In this document: piece by piece, positions 48,914 to 60,700 of the stretch
How the letters are laid out: every line of letters starts with the position of its first letter
Position numbering within the stretch: the stretch's first letter is position 1
Source: Nitrosopumilus sp.
GTDB taxonomy: Archaea > Thermoproteota > Nitrososphaeria > Nitrososphaerales > Nitrosopumilaceae
DNA length: 64,000 nucleotides
Assembly (NCBI GenBank): GCA_965238275.1
Contig: OZ250186.1
Span: 992,001-1,056,000, forward strand
Direction of reading: 5' to 3'
Notes under the pieces: generated by a model
Database searches by the model: none
What the model was told of the DNA's origin: nothing
Seen by the model: only the letters and a program-made list of their open reading frames with translations
Program-made: the position numbers and the translations under genes

Positions 48914-51412
48914 TCATACCAGCGGCCTCTCCCCTTCAACAGGCTCCACAATCTTTGTCTCCTCCCCGCCAATAATCCTCTCAAGAATCTCCAGCGACGC
49001 ATTCTTGTGCAGGTACTCGTTGTTGTTCCCGCATCTGTATGAGAACGTACAGCGGGGGCACCCTGACTCTGCCTTGCATGGGCACTCCCCTACAATGGCA
49101 AATCCCCTCCTGAGCACCTTTTCAAACCTGTCATAGAGGGCCTTGCTGGCACCGCTGCCCCCCACCGCCCCGTCATACACAAAAATCAGACCCGACGTAC
49201 CCAGCGATATGCCGCCGAGATCCTGGGAAACCCCCCCGGTAATCATGTTGCTTCCCTCAATCACCACGTGCTCTGTCGCATGGTATCCGCTGGCCTCTAC
49301 ATACTCTGGACTCTCTGCCGTACCGGCGGATTTGACGGGCCTTGGGGCATGAAAGACGATCCCCTTTGTGACAAAGTCATACTCGATGGGCTCATCTAGC
49401 AGAAACTTTTCCCCCTGGCCAACCTCTTCTCCAAGCCTAATCCTGACATACCCGTAGACTGTCTTTTTGACGTGCAGCCTGCAGAATGCAACCTCGATGC
49501 CGTACACATTCCTCCTCTCCATGACCATCCTGATTGTGGGCCATTCCTCGGTAAGCGCCCTTGTGTGGTATGGGTAATCCCTGGGAATCCTCTCCAGCCT
49601 GGCATGCCTCCCGGCAGCATCAAATTCACTTACCCTGTACTTGGTGCCTGCCAGGAGATAGATGGCGTCCTTGTGCAGCTCCCCCAGCGCAATCGGAAGC
49701 GCCCTCTCTCCCACCTTTTTGCCATCCAAAAGTATGTCTACTGACTCCCCGATTCCCCTGATGCTGTACTGCGCCAGCTGCCGAACCCTGTCCGGAACCG
49801 GAAGTATCCTGTCGTTGGAAACCCTGAGATTCCCCCTCATGATGTGGCCTTCTATGGCGTCCCTGTGCTCTGCCACCTCGTGTACCGATATTGGCATGTC
49901 GCAGGCCATGGCCAGTACCTGAAACTCCTCTATGAACGGGTTGTCCGGATCAACGTAGATCCTCTCGATATCCTCAAAGTAGTCATCAGAATGGTTCCTA
50001 TAGTACTGGGAGATGGGATCGTTCCCAAGCACCAGAAACGCGTACCCGCGCTGTCCCTTTCTTGCCGATCTACCTATTCTCTGGATCAGCCTGTTTACCG
50101 GTACCGCCGATGAGACCACGCAGTCAACGTCTCCAATGTCCATGCCAAGTTCCAGCGTGGGGGTGCACGATATCGCCTGCAGGCTGCCGTCCCTGAACTG
50201 CTGCTCGACTGCCCTCCTGTATCCTGACATCAGGCCCGCCCTGTGAACCCTTATGTCGATCTTTTTTCGCTGCGCCTGAATCGCCAGCAGTTCGGCGTTC
50301 AGGTGGGAGTTGTTGAAGATCATCGTCTTGTGGTGCTGCCTTGTCATCTTTTTTGTAATGTCCGTCATCAGGTTCCTCTGTGACATGAGGGACGGAAACA
50401 GCATTGCAAAGTCTATGCCTCCCCTTCTTCCTGCGCCGCAGATGACACGCATCTCCTGGCCAAACAGCTGACTGCAAAACTCCCCGGAGTTTTCAAGGGT
50501 TGCAGATGCTGCCACGACCTGCAGTTTGTTCCTGCATATTCTCCTGAACCTCTTTATGATGTAGTGCACGTTTGAGCCAAAGATTCCAGAGTAGACATGC
50601 GCCTCATCAACCACAAGAATCCTGGCAGATGCCAGAAGCGATGCAAACCTGGTATGCCTCCACATGTGGTAGTGCAGCACGTCAAAGTTTGTCACTATTA
50701 TCTTGGGAGGATTCCTGATGATCCTGATCCTGTCTGTCTGCGCAGTATCCCCGTCAAACACCTCTGCACCAATCCCCATTGCCCCTGCAAGCTCCCGAAT
50801 CTTTGTAATCTGATCGCGTGCAAGCGCCTTTGTGGGGTATACAAACACCGCAAAGACTCCCGTGCCTGCCTCCCCTGCACTCCTCTGTATCGTGGGAACC
50901 ATGAACGCCTCGGTCTTGCCTGACGCGGTGGGTGCCTCGATGACCACGCTCTGTCCTGCCATGATTCCCGTGATCGACTCCTCCTGAAACCTGTAAAACC
51001 TCTCTATTCCCCTTTCTGCCAGGTGCCTGCAGATGGGCTCGCTCAGGCCAGACTCGTTCACACTGACACCCATGTCCGGTTCGGGGCCTGTCATGTCCCT
51101 GTACTGTGCCACGTAGTACCTGCGCGAGAAGAGTATCCCCCTGACTATCTCATCAGGCTCGGAGTCTTTGATCATTGCGGTAATCTCCTCCCTGCTTCTG
51201 ATCATCTCAAGCTCTTCAAATTTCTGCCCGTCCCCGTCTGTGACCAGTCCCCGGTCAAACCTTGCAAGAAACTCCAGAAATACCTCGTCTGTACTCCCTA
51301 ATGGTTCAACCATGTCTCCGATTCCGCAACTGCTGCATGAGACGTGCATCATCTTGTTGAACGTCTTTTGAATATCCATTCCTGATCTGCATTTGGGACA
51401 GGCAAACTTCAC
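48914..51412 (-). CDS. DEAD/DEAH-box helicase with C-terminal DUF1998 (Hrq1/YprA/MrfA family)
   Basis: APTASGKT, YPTKALA, VDEAH, TLELGMDIG, QRIGRSAR; YDGAVGGSG...C.C..GCPRC zinc site. Confidence 0.92.
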   Translation of the reverse strand: MKFACPKCRSGMDIQKTFNKMMHVSCSSCGIGDMVEPLGSTDEVFLEFLARFDRGLVTDGDGQKFEELEMIRSREEITAMIKDSEPDEIVRGILFSRRYYVAQYRDMTGPEPDMGVSVNESGLSEPICRHLAERGIERFYRFQEESITGIMAGQSVVIEAPTASGKTEAFMVPTIQRSAGEAGTGVFAVFVYPTKALARDQITKIRELAGAMGIGAEVFDGDTAQTDRIRIIRNPPKIIVTNFDVLHYHMWRHTRFASLLASARILVVDEAHVYSGIFGSNVHYIIKRFRRICRNKLQVVAASATLENSGEFCSQLFGQEMRVICGAGRRGGIDFAMLFPSLMSQRNLMTDITKKMTRQHHKTMIFNNSHLNAELLAIQAQRKKIDIRVHRAGLMSGYRRAVEQQFRDGSLQAISCTPTLELGMDIGDVDCVVSSAVPVNRLIQRIGRSARKGQRGYAFLVLGNDPISQYYRNHSDDYFEDIERIYVDPDNPFIEEFQVLAMACDMPISVHEVAEHRDAIEGHIMRGNLRVSNDRILPVPDRVRQLAQYSIRGIGESVDILLDGKKVGERALPIALGELHKDAIYLLAGTKYRVSEFDAAGRHARLERIPRDYPYHTRALTEEWPTIRMVMERRNVYGIEVAFCRLHVKKTVYGYVRIRLGEEVGQGEKFLLDEPIEYDFVTKGIVFHAPRPVKSAGTAESPEYVEASGYHATEHVVIEGSNMITGGVSQDLGGISLGTSGLIFVYDGAVGGSGASKALYDRFEKVLRRGFAIVGECPCKAESGCPRCTFSYRCGNNNEYLHKNASLEILERIIGGEETKIVEPVEGERPLV

Positions 51413-51491
51413 AATATGTGCAGGCAGGGACTGATTTATTGCTATATCTGCTACCATTTATTAGACAAGGGCATATTCTTTGAATCTAAAA

Positions 51492-52259
51492 ATGACTCAG
51501 ATTGAGACCAACTGCATCTACAACATGGACTGCGTTGACGGCATGGCAATCATTCCTGACGGCACAATTGATCTTGTCATTACGGATCCTCCGTTTGCCA
51601 TAAGGTTTGGCGGAAGAAAGGCAAACTACAACAGGCTGCCCTCAAGGGTGCTCTCCGGATACAACGAGATCAAGGCCGATGACTATTACCGTTTTACCCA
51701 TGAATGGATGACCCAGGCATTCCGGATCCTCAAGGATTCTGGAAGCATGTATGTCTTTTCAGGCTGGAACAACCTCAAGGATATCCTTCAGGCGCTTGAC
51801 GATGTCGGGTTTGTAACTGTCAACCACATCATATGGAAGTACCAGTTTGGGGTAGTCACCAAAAGGAGGTTTGTAACATCCCACTATCACTGCCTCTTTG
51901 TCTGCAAGGACGACTCCAAGAAGCAATTCCATCCGTTCTCCAGATTCGGCAAGGACCAGAGGGAGGACGGGCGGAGCCTCCACTACCGGGACAAGGAGGA
52001 CGTCTGGGAGATCAAGAGGGAGTATTGGCATGGATCTGAAAAGACCCCGACCAAGCTGCCCGCAGATCTGATAAAAAAGATACTGGCATACTCTAGCCGG
52101 GAGCAGGACACGGTGCTGGATCCGTTTCTTGGTTCCGGACAGGTCGCAGTCGTCAGCAAGTCATGCGGCAGGAATTTTGTGGGCTTTGAGATAGTCCCGG
52201 AATATTACCGGTTTGCCAAAAGGAGGCTTGACGAGAACCTGTACAAGATAGACTCGTGA
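51492..52259 (+). CDS. Site-specific DNA methyltransferase (N4-C/N6-A, beta class), no cognate restriction enzyme seen
   Basis: DLVITDPPF catalytic motif before PTKLP and VLDPFLGSG SAM-binding motif. Confidence 0.9.
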   Translation: MTQIETNCIYNMDCVDGMAIIPDGTIDLVITDPPFAIRFGGRKANYNRLPSRVLSGYNEIKADDYYRFTHEWMTQAFRILKDSGSMYVFSGWNNLKDILQALDDVGFVTVNHIIWKYQFGVVTKRRFVTSHYHCLFVCKDDSKKQFHPFSRFGKDQREDGRSLHYRDKEDVWEIKREYWHGSEKTPTKLPADLIKKILAYSSREQDTVLDPFLGSGQVAVVSKSCGRNFVGFEIVPEYYRFAKRRLDENLYKIDS

Positions 52260-52281
52260 CGAGACGCTGCACATGATGCAT

Positions 52282-52671
<390 letters not shown>

Positions 52672-53059
52672 GGTGTGTAATGGTCAGGATTAAAATTAAA
52701 TGTAATGTTGCTTGATTGACCGAATCTGGTATGAATCCCCTGGCTCAAAAAAAGGGCGATCCTGCCAGTTCCAGACCCGCGTATCTACGTTGCAGGCTGC
52801 CAAGACCACCGGCAGAAACCGCAATATGCGTAAAATGTTTTTCAGGAATTTATCCAAAATTATGCGGACTGATAATACGCATCCTTCTGGTTGGGTGCCG
52901 GTGGGCCGTCTGGGAATGTCCCGGACAGATTTTGCCATTTTTTATCCGGTCTGCAAAACCGCATATTTCCCGATGCCCGTATCTCACACCCCTCTCACGG
53001 AAACTGCCTGTCTGTGGCATCGGGATTTCGCCATGTATTGTTCTGTGTGGGAATGATTA

Positions 53060-54226
53060 TTAGCTTCGAATCCACTGGGGCTCCAGACTCTTTCTTGAGA
53101 GTACGGCCATGACGGTAACTGCGATTCCTACCGCAAACAGCACCACGTACGGCATTCCGCCCCCGAACGACTGCGTCAGCGAGCCTCCGATAATCGGGCC
53201 CACTGCCCACCCTGCGCCAAACACGGCCTCGTACGCGCCGATCATTCTGCCTGACATTTTGTTCTGGGTCTTGGTCAGGATTATCTCCAGGGTAAGCGGG
53301 AATATCACGCTGAACCCGAACCCCATCAGGATGACGGCCAACACAAACCCGGCAAACGAGTCTGCAACAGCCGAGATGCCAAGCCCCGCTGCAAGCGTAA
53401 ACGCTGCAACAATCAGGGTCAGACTTGTCCTTCTTGCAACCTTTCCTGTCAGCCCCAGCGAGACTACGCGCGAGATCCCGAGGATAAAGAACAGCATCAG
53501 GATGTCCGTGTCTGTCATACCCTTGTCGTTGAGGAATGCCGGATAGATTGTAAGGACTATCCCCAAAGACGACGTGCAGAAGATCAGCATGACGATTATC
53601 TGCGGGAATCGTCTCATCTCCCTGATTGACACAAACGAGAACTTTTGGGTAATTTTTTTGGGATCCACTCTGGACTCCCTTTTTAATACCATGAGTGCTG
53701 CCACTATCGCCACCACCACAGACAGCCCTGTCATCTCAAAGAGCATCCTGTAAGTGACGTCTGCGTTCTCAAGCAAAAACGATCCGATCATGGGGCCTAT
53801 CATAAATCCCATCGCAAAGAACATCGTAAACCATGAGATGTTTCTCACCCTGTCCCTTCTGGAGCTGTGGTTGGATATGATGGACTCGCACGGCGGCCAG
53901 AAGAACGCGTGGGACACGCCTATCATGATCCTGAGTACTATCATCTCGGGAACCGTCTGCACGACTGAGAGAAGGTATATCGAGGTCATGCTGATTGCGG
54001 TCCCTGCCACCAGCAGGTACCCGCTGTTGAATCTGTCAAGCAGAATGCCTACAAAAAGAGGAATGAACATGTATGGAATGAAATTGGCCAGTCCGATGAT
54101 GCCGAGATCAGAGTATGATGCGCCGACCACGTTCTTGGCAAAGACCGGCAGAATCGGTCCGTGCAGTCCGTAGGATATCCCTATTACCATGCTGATAATG
54201 CCTACTAGTATGAGGATTCTGTTCAT
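53060..54226 (-). CDS. MFS transporter
   Basis: About 12 TM segments; GILLDRFN motif A-like. Confidence 0.9.
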   Translation of the reverse strand: MNRILILVGIISMVIGISYGLHGPILPVFAKNVVGASYSDLGIIGLANFIPYMFIPLFVGILLDRFNSGYLLVAGTAISMTSIYLLSVVQTVPEMIVLRIMIGVSHAFFWPPCESIISNHSSRRDRVRNISWFTMFFAMGFMIGPMIGSFLLENADVTYRMLFEMTGLSVVVAIVAALMVLKRESRVDPKKITQKFSFVSIREMRRFPQIIVMLIFCTSSLGIVLTIYPAFLNDKGMTDTDILMLFFILGISRVVSLGLTGKVARRTSLTLIVAAFTLAAGLGISAVADSFAGFVLAVILMGFGFSVIFPLTLEIILTKTQNKMSGRMIGAYEAVFGAGWAVGPIIGGSLTQSFGGGMPYVVLFAVGIAVTVMAVLSRKSLEPQWIRS

Positions 54227-54924
54227 TTGTACGCAGCAATTATCACTGCCCCGCCCATAAGATCCTTCTCAAACTCCACCCTTGAGAACTTTTCAAGCAG
54301 AAGACCCTCGAGTTTTCTGTTCTGGGGCCATCGCTTGAACGTGTCATACAGCGCGCCAAACTTCAGTCCGAGCCTGCCTCCTGCAATAAACGCCAGCACC
54401 GGAAGTATGAATCTCAGATAGAACGATACTCCCGCCCTGACAAATGCCCGGTCCGGCTTTCCCAGGTCCACTATGACCAGCCTGCCGCCATCCTTGAGTA
54501 CCCTGTGTATCTCTGATATTGCAGTTCTGAGCCTTATTGCATCCCTCAGCGAATACCCGCACAGCACCGCATCAAACTCCCCGTCCCTGAACGGCATGTG
54601 CTCAAAGACCCCGTTTGCCATATCCGGCGGCTCCTCAAAGAACGTGCCCGTATTTCTGAGCATGGGGACCAGCGGATCATAAAGCGTCACTGAGATCCGG
54701 CCGCCTGTAAGATCAACTGCAGTCTTTGACATGTTCCCAAAACCGGATCCGGCATCAAGAATTCTGTCTCCCGGATGCACCCTGTCTGAGATCCCCATGT
54801 TCCTGTGTTTGGCATCCCTCCCAAGGGATATGATCGAGTTTACCTTGTCATATACTGGGATGATCTCCTCTAGTACCTTGATGACTGTTCCCCATTGGCC
54901 TCCAAGTCCCAAACTATCTGCCAT
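54223..54924 (-). CDS. UbiE/MenG-like SAM-dependent methyltransferase
   Basis: YDKVNSIISLG, ILDAGSGFG, MPFRDGEFD, EIHRVLKDGG. Confidence 0.85.
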   Translation of the reverse strand: MADSLGLGGQWGTVIKVLEEIIPVYDKVNSIISLGRDAKHRNMGISDRVHPGDRILDAGSGFGNMSKTAVDLTGGRISVTLYDPLVPMLRNTGTFFEEPPDMANGVFEHMPFRDGEFDAVLCGYSLRDAIRLRTAISEIHRVLKDGGRLVIVDLGKPDRAFVRAGVSFYLRFILPVLAFIAGGRLGLKFGALYDTFKRWPQNRKLEGLLLEKFSRVEFEKDLMGGAVIIAAYK

Positions 54925-54959
54925 CAAACTCCCATCCGGACAGTTCAGATCCAAAACTC

Positions 54960-55682
54960 TTATGCGGCAAATCTTGATGCGTTTCCGGAATGATCCTGCA
55001 GATCCGACTCTGGGATCCTCTCAAACAGTCCCCCTTCCGATGTTATCTTTGCCATCTTGATGTGGCTGACATCGTCTTTCTGCTCTGACTTGAGGTTTAT
55101 TGCCGCAATGGCAAGGGACACTGCATCATCCATATTCATCTCCGGGCTGTAGAACTTTTCGAGAAATCCGTTGACGTCGTCAGAGCCTGCGCCTATTGCC
55201 ACTGCTGTATACTGGACATATGTTCCGCTTGGGTCAGTCACGTATATCGAGATGCCCTTTTGATCGACTCCTGCAATGATTAGTGATACCCCGTTTGGGC
55301 GGACTCCCGAGTACTGTGTAAACTGGTGAGACTGATCTGCCAGATGCTTGGCCACTGTGGCAACCTCGACTGATTCGTCATATGTCATCCTGGTTCCCTG
55401 CGAGAAGAACCTTGCATTGTCCACCTGTACGCGTGCATCCGGAATGTAGCCTGCAGCTGCCACCCCTATGTGGTGGTCCACCTGAAATATCTTTTGTGTG
55501 ACATCCCTTGTCTGAAGGGTTCTTGGCTTCTCCTCTACTGCTATTATCACTCCCTGGCTGGTGACTGCGCCGATGGCCAGGGTTCCCCTCTTTACAGTCT
55601 CAATGGCGTATTCCACCTGGTATATCCTGCCGTCCGGCGAATACATTGTAGGTGTCATGTCGTAACCTCGTGATGCCATCAT
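54960..55682 (-). CDS. psmA: Proteasome alpha subunit
   Basis: GYDMTPTMYSPDGRIYQVEYA, GVRPNGVSLI, TDPSG. Confidence 0.96.
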   Translation of the reverse strand: MMASRGYDMTPTMYSPDGRIYQVEYAIETVKRGTLAIGAVTSQGVIIAVEEKPRTLQTRDVTQKIFQVDHHIGVAAAGYIPDARVQVDNARFFSQGTRMTYDESVEVATVAKHLADQSHQFTQYSGVRPNGVSLIIAGVDQKGISIYVTDPSGTYVQYTAVAIGAGSDDVNGFLEKFYSPEMNMDDAVSLAIAAINLKSEQKDDVSHIKMAKITSEGGLFERIPESDLQDHSGNASRFAA

Positions 55683-56511
55683 GTCATAAAATCTCCGTTC
55701 TAAGTTAATTTAAGGGTAAGTATACAGCATGTTCCTGTTTTCGTGTCGGGACGGTGCCCCGTTCTGATACACCCTCCCTGATTCATGCCGATCTTGCAGA
55801 ATCGGTGCCTGACAGAATTCTGTCCGATGTGGATGGCATCATTTCATGTTCTGCCCATCGGGGCACCAAATATGGGCGCAATATGGAAATAGAGTTTTTC
55901 AAAGCAGTTTTGGCGAATATTTTTTTAAAATTTGTGGAATAATCTGGTGTTATCGGGGTCATTGGATGGTCTTGCGCCTGGCATCTTTTAAACAGTATGG
56001 GGGAATGGTAAAGTTGTTGGCACGTCCCCGGCCCGGGTACGGACTGCTTCCATCAGAGAAGGTGATCAAGTCATACTACGGGGTGATGGATGAGAAAATG
56101 GCCAAACATCCGGCACCCGAAGCAGCCAGGATGATCCACGTGTGTGGTGCGGCAAGTTCTTCCGGGCCTGTGCCAAAAGTTCGTGCAGGCAGTGCATGGA
56201 AGATCATGCGGGATGGCCTGCTCGGAATCAGACTCGTTCGGATCCCGCTTCATGGAGGATATGCAAACCTGAAAAAGTTTGGCTGCTGACCGTGATGGCA
56301 GTCTAGGGGCGGCAGCAGCAGCGCCGATTGCAGGATGCCGGCATGGTTGCAAAACAAGTCTCCCCCGCCTGCGAATCCACAGGCAGCATGCGTGCCAAAC
56401 CCTTTCGGACCAGACACGTCAACGACATACAAAATAAAGGCCGTTTCTCCATATTGTCAATGGACAAGGCAAACGGACGTCTTTTGTCATCATTGTGTAG
56501 GGACCTGCTGC

Positions 56512-57688
56512 ATGGCTAGGCAGCCTGACGGACCGGAACCGGCAAAACCTACGAAGGACGGGCCTGCCAAAAAAGACCGTTCCGAATACAACAAGCAGTA
56601 CAGCGAGAAGAATGCAGAGAAGATTGCCATGCGGTCGAAGGCGTGGCGGGAAGCAAACCCGGAGAAGATTGCAGCGTGGCGGGAGTGCGCGCGCGAGCAA
56701 ACCCGGAGAAGATTGCAGCGTACCGCAAGTCAAACAACGAGAAGAGTGCGGCCAGGCAGAAGAAATGGCGGGAAGCAAACCCCGAGAAGGTTGCGGCGTA
56801 CCGCAAGTCAAACAACGAGAAGAGTGCGGCCAGGCAGAAGAAATGGCGGGAAGCAAACCCCGAGAAGGTTGCGGCACTGCGGGAGGCGAACAAGAAAGGG
56901 ATGCCGCGCAGCAGAAGAAATACCGCGAGACGCACAGGGCAGAGAGTGCCGCGCGGCAGAAAAAATGGCGGGAGGCAAACCCGGAGAAGAACGCCGCGTA
57001 CGTGAAGGCGTCACAGGAGAAGAAGAAGGCAAGGGATGCCGCGATGAACAAGGGAAAAGAGCGCCAGAATGGCCGCCACCCGCCGGTTGCACGAAAGAGC
57101 GCGGGGAGCAAAGGAACCAAGGGCCGAACAAAAAAGGCCACGACTACTACTCCCGGGAAGGAAAAGTTCTCGGCGCAAGCGTACTATAAAACGTACTACC
57201 AGAAAAACAAGGAGAAGATTACCGCGCAGCAAAGGGAGTATAATTCCAAGAACAAGGAGAAGATTGCAGCGTCCCAGAAGAAGAGGCGGGCTGAGAATCC
57301 GGAGAAGGACGCGGATAAACAGAGGGCGTACTACCTGAAAAACAAGGAAAAAATAGCCGCAAGGCGCAGGGAGAACAAGAATCCGACGGTGTGGCGGGCA
57401 TACTACGAGAAGAACAGGGAGAGGATTGCCGCATACAGCAGGGAGTGGCATAAGAAGAACAAGGAGACGCGGGCGGCACAGATGAAGGAATACCGCGAGA
57501 AGAACAGGGAAAAACTGGCCGCACAACAAAAGGAGTACCGCGAGAAGAACAGGGAAAAACTGACCGCACAACAAAAGGAGTACCGCGAGAAGAACAGGGA
57601 GACGATTACGGCAAAGCGCAAGGAACGGCGCGAGAAGGACAAGGCTGCTGCTGCTGCTGCTGCTGCTGCCGCCGCCGCCGGGACGTAG
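56512..57688 (+). pseudogene. Highly basic repeat protein (W/Y-RE-x-N-x-EK-I-AA units) spread over three frames
   Basis: Repeats continue across shifts at 56686-56696 (11-nt tgcgcgcgcga insert) and about 56895 (one base missing); 78-bp and 45-bp DNA repeats. Confidence 0.7.
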
Positions 57689-57784
57689 ATGTCTTGGAAT
57701 GCAGGCCCGGCACCCTGCGGGGCAAAACATGAACCCTTCGTTCACATCTTTTAAATACTGTTTTTCCGAACGAAATTTAATTAC

Positions 57785-60700
57785 ATGAACAACATCAAAT
57801 TTACCGCTTTTAGCGGTACAAAAAATAATAAATTTACAGAAAGAAACACAAACACAATAAAGAACAACAACTTACGAAAACTTACAAGCATAGCACTGAT
57901 GACGATAATGGTGGCAGGCGGACTCACGTTTGCCATACCCGGCATGGAGCCGGCACAGGCACAGAACCCGCACCTGAAGGTTTCAGCTGAGGGACAAGCA
58001 GACAACGTGATTGGCATAACCAACATCGTTGAGGTCGTGGTAATCGACGACTTCAACAGCGACGCAGGCGATGCTCCGCCAGAAGTAACTGTGGACGGCA
58101 GTGATCTTATCATGAGCCGTGCAGGTGAAACTGGCGGCGCATGGTACGGATACTTTGCAGACGTCGACATCACAGATACAGGCTTAACTGGTACCTGTGT
58201 AGACATTGATACTGACGGTAGCGGCACATGTCCCACTGAAAATCTTGTTTCAAGCACACATGGTGCAGCCGCTGTCTACACCTATGATTTGGACGGCGAC
58301 TTTGACATCATCTATCAGAGGCCCGGAGGCGACCAGACAGTAACACTTACTGCCGACGACCCCTCCTCAGACGCAGGCCTTGACAGGAACTCATATCCGC
58401 AGAACACCGAAGTAGAGATATCGATTGACGATCTTGCACTGAACGTTGACCCGACAAGCGTGGACTCGTGGACATTCACTACTGCTGAGGATGGTACACA
58501 AACCATCACCCGTAATGTAGGTGATACACCACAGACAGCTACTGACGGCGTTGAGGCGTTTTCCATAGATACGCACAACCAGGGAAGCAACCCACTGATA
58601 ACCGGTGGTAATGTGGATGAGGTAACATTTGAGGAGGACGGCAGAAACACGTCGGTATTCCTCAACAATGATTTCCGAACTACTGACGAGGCACCAAGGG
58701 GACTGTCATTTTCAGTCACATACGACAGCACCGCTACAAGTTCCGTTGGATTCAGCACGGCCAACATCGTAATAGACGCAGGAGACCAATGGAGTTCCGG
58801 CGAAGAGATCGGCATTACGCTGACTGACGGCGACGCCAACACCAGCACGCTGGATGCCAACGATCTTGACGTTTCAGATCCGAACCACATCATTCCGACC
58901 ATAGCCGTTGGAGAGCCACACACGCTTGCCAATGGTATAAGCGCGGCTATAAGCCAAACCGGTTTGGACGATGCTGATGATACTGCCTTGACTGATGGGC
59001 ACTTTAGCATGACTTCCACTGATGATGGGAGCAGCCAAAGGGTCGTAGTCAACAGTAACGTGACAGCAACATACGCCACTGACGACACAATAACCCTTGA
59101 TTTGACGTATACGTCCATACATTCCGACGACTACAACCGACTCGTGTGATCTTGGCTTCATGATGGTAAACTATGATCTTAGCGCATTCGATGGTATAGC
59201 CACCCTTGCAATTGGCTATGATGATGGTAATGCTGACACTGATGATGCCGCTGATGCTATAAATATTAGTGATAACGCTGATCTTGTTGATACTTATGTT
59301 GTTACTGCCGACAAACCGCTACCTGATACATTAAGGCTTACATTCATAACTGGCGACGATCTGGCCGGAGACGCAATAGCATTCGACATCTTCTCATTCG
59401 GTCTTACAGGCGACGACATGGGCGAGGATCCTGCCAACAGGGTCAACAACGCCATCTACAGGCTCGAACTCGAAGAGGACGGAGACAACAGCAGTGACTT
59501 TACAGGCACTCTGGAGTACATCGGACTCAACCAGGTCAACGTGCTGGAGCAATCCACGTACGAGGGCATTGACGCGTTCGGCGACTCCAATCATACTGAT
59601 CTCCGACGACGGCTCCGTCTCGGTGGACTATGACGACTTGGACTCAACCGGCGGAACCACGCTGTTTACGGCCGAGGCCGACACCCCGACACACTCTGGC
59701 GTGGTGTCCCTTGGCTCTGACGGCTACGGGGTAGCCGACACGGTAGAAATCACGGTAGAGGACGCAGACCTGAACGCTGACAGCGGAAAGGCCGACGTCT
59801 ATACGGTGGTCTCTGGCATGATCGAAATAGAACCGGCTGTAGTAGCAGATGACACTGCTGACCCACCTGTTGTGGCAAAGGATGCCGTGACAGAAACGTC
59901 AAACCTCAACGACAGGGTCGGCAGCGACCTACTGCTCGTACACCAAAACTCCAACGACGACAACCAGTTCGGCGAACAACTGCTCAGGGTATCCTTTGAC
60001 GGCGACCTCTGGACCAACCAGTGTATCGACCCAAGATTCTCTGACGCCACCAGCACCTATGGACTTGCAGACACCCAGTTCACGCTCCAGGAGACCGGAG
60101 CGGCCACCGGCGTGTTTGTCGGCACCTTCGCGGTTCCGGCAGAGCACTGTGCAAGATCAGGCAACGCTGAATCCGTCACTGGCAAGGACATCTCAGTAGA
60201 GTACATTGACTTCAGGGACGACTCCGGCTCAATCATATCGGTAAGCGCGTCTGCGGGCATACGATCCAACACCGGATCCGTAAGCCTTGACAGGACCGTC
60301 TACCCGGTACCGTTTGGCGGCGAGGGCACCACTGTCAACAACAACTCCGTATTTGAGACGCATTCAGATACGCCCCTTGGAAAGGGCGACTTGACTGTAT
60401 ATGTCAGCATCACCGATCCTGACTTTGACCAGTCATCCAACGGCATAGACCGCATCGAGATGGATGAAGGCACGGCCGCACCACTGCGCGTCGAAGTAAT
60501 TCGAGGCTCTCAGACGCACCCATTGGAGGTGGCAGGACATGATGGCGTGCCAATCCTAGAGACTGCTCCTGACTCGGGCGTATTCGAGCACGAGGTGAGC
60601 ATCTCATTCGACCAGGGCCCGTCTGATAACAACTGCCCGTCACCAGTACCGACTGACGACGTACCAGACCCCAGACCGATTGCTGAACAAAATGCACAGA

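Noticed and set aside
52696-53060. Short overlapping ORFs and a hairpin between tatA and the MFS gene
   Set aside because: No coherent coding signal or recognisable RNA family.
55750-56500. ORFs 55846-56289 and neighbours; partial match AAAGTTCGTGCA to the TnpB TIR near 56177
   Set aside because: No recognisable protein motifs; a 12-bp match without the terminal TATAG could be chance.
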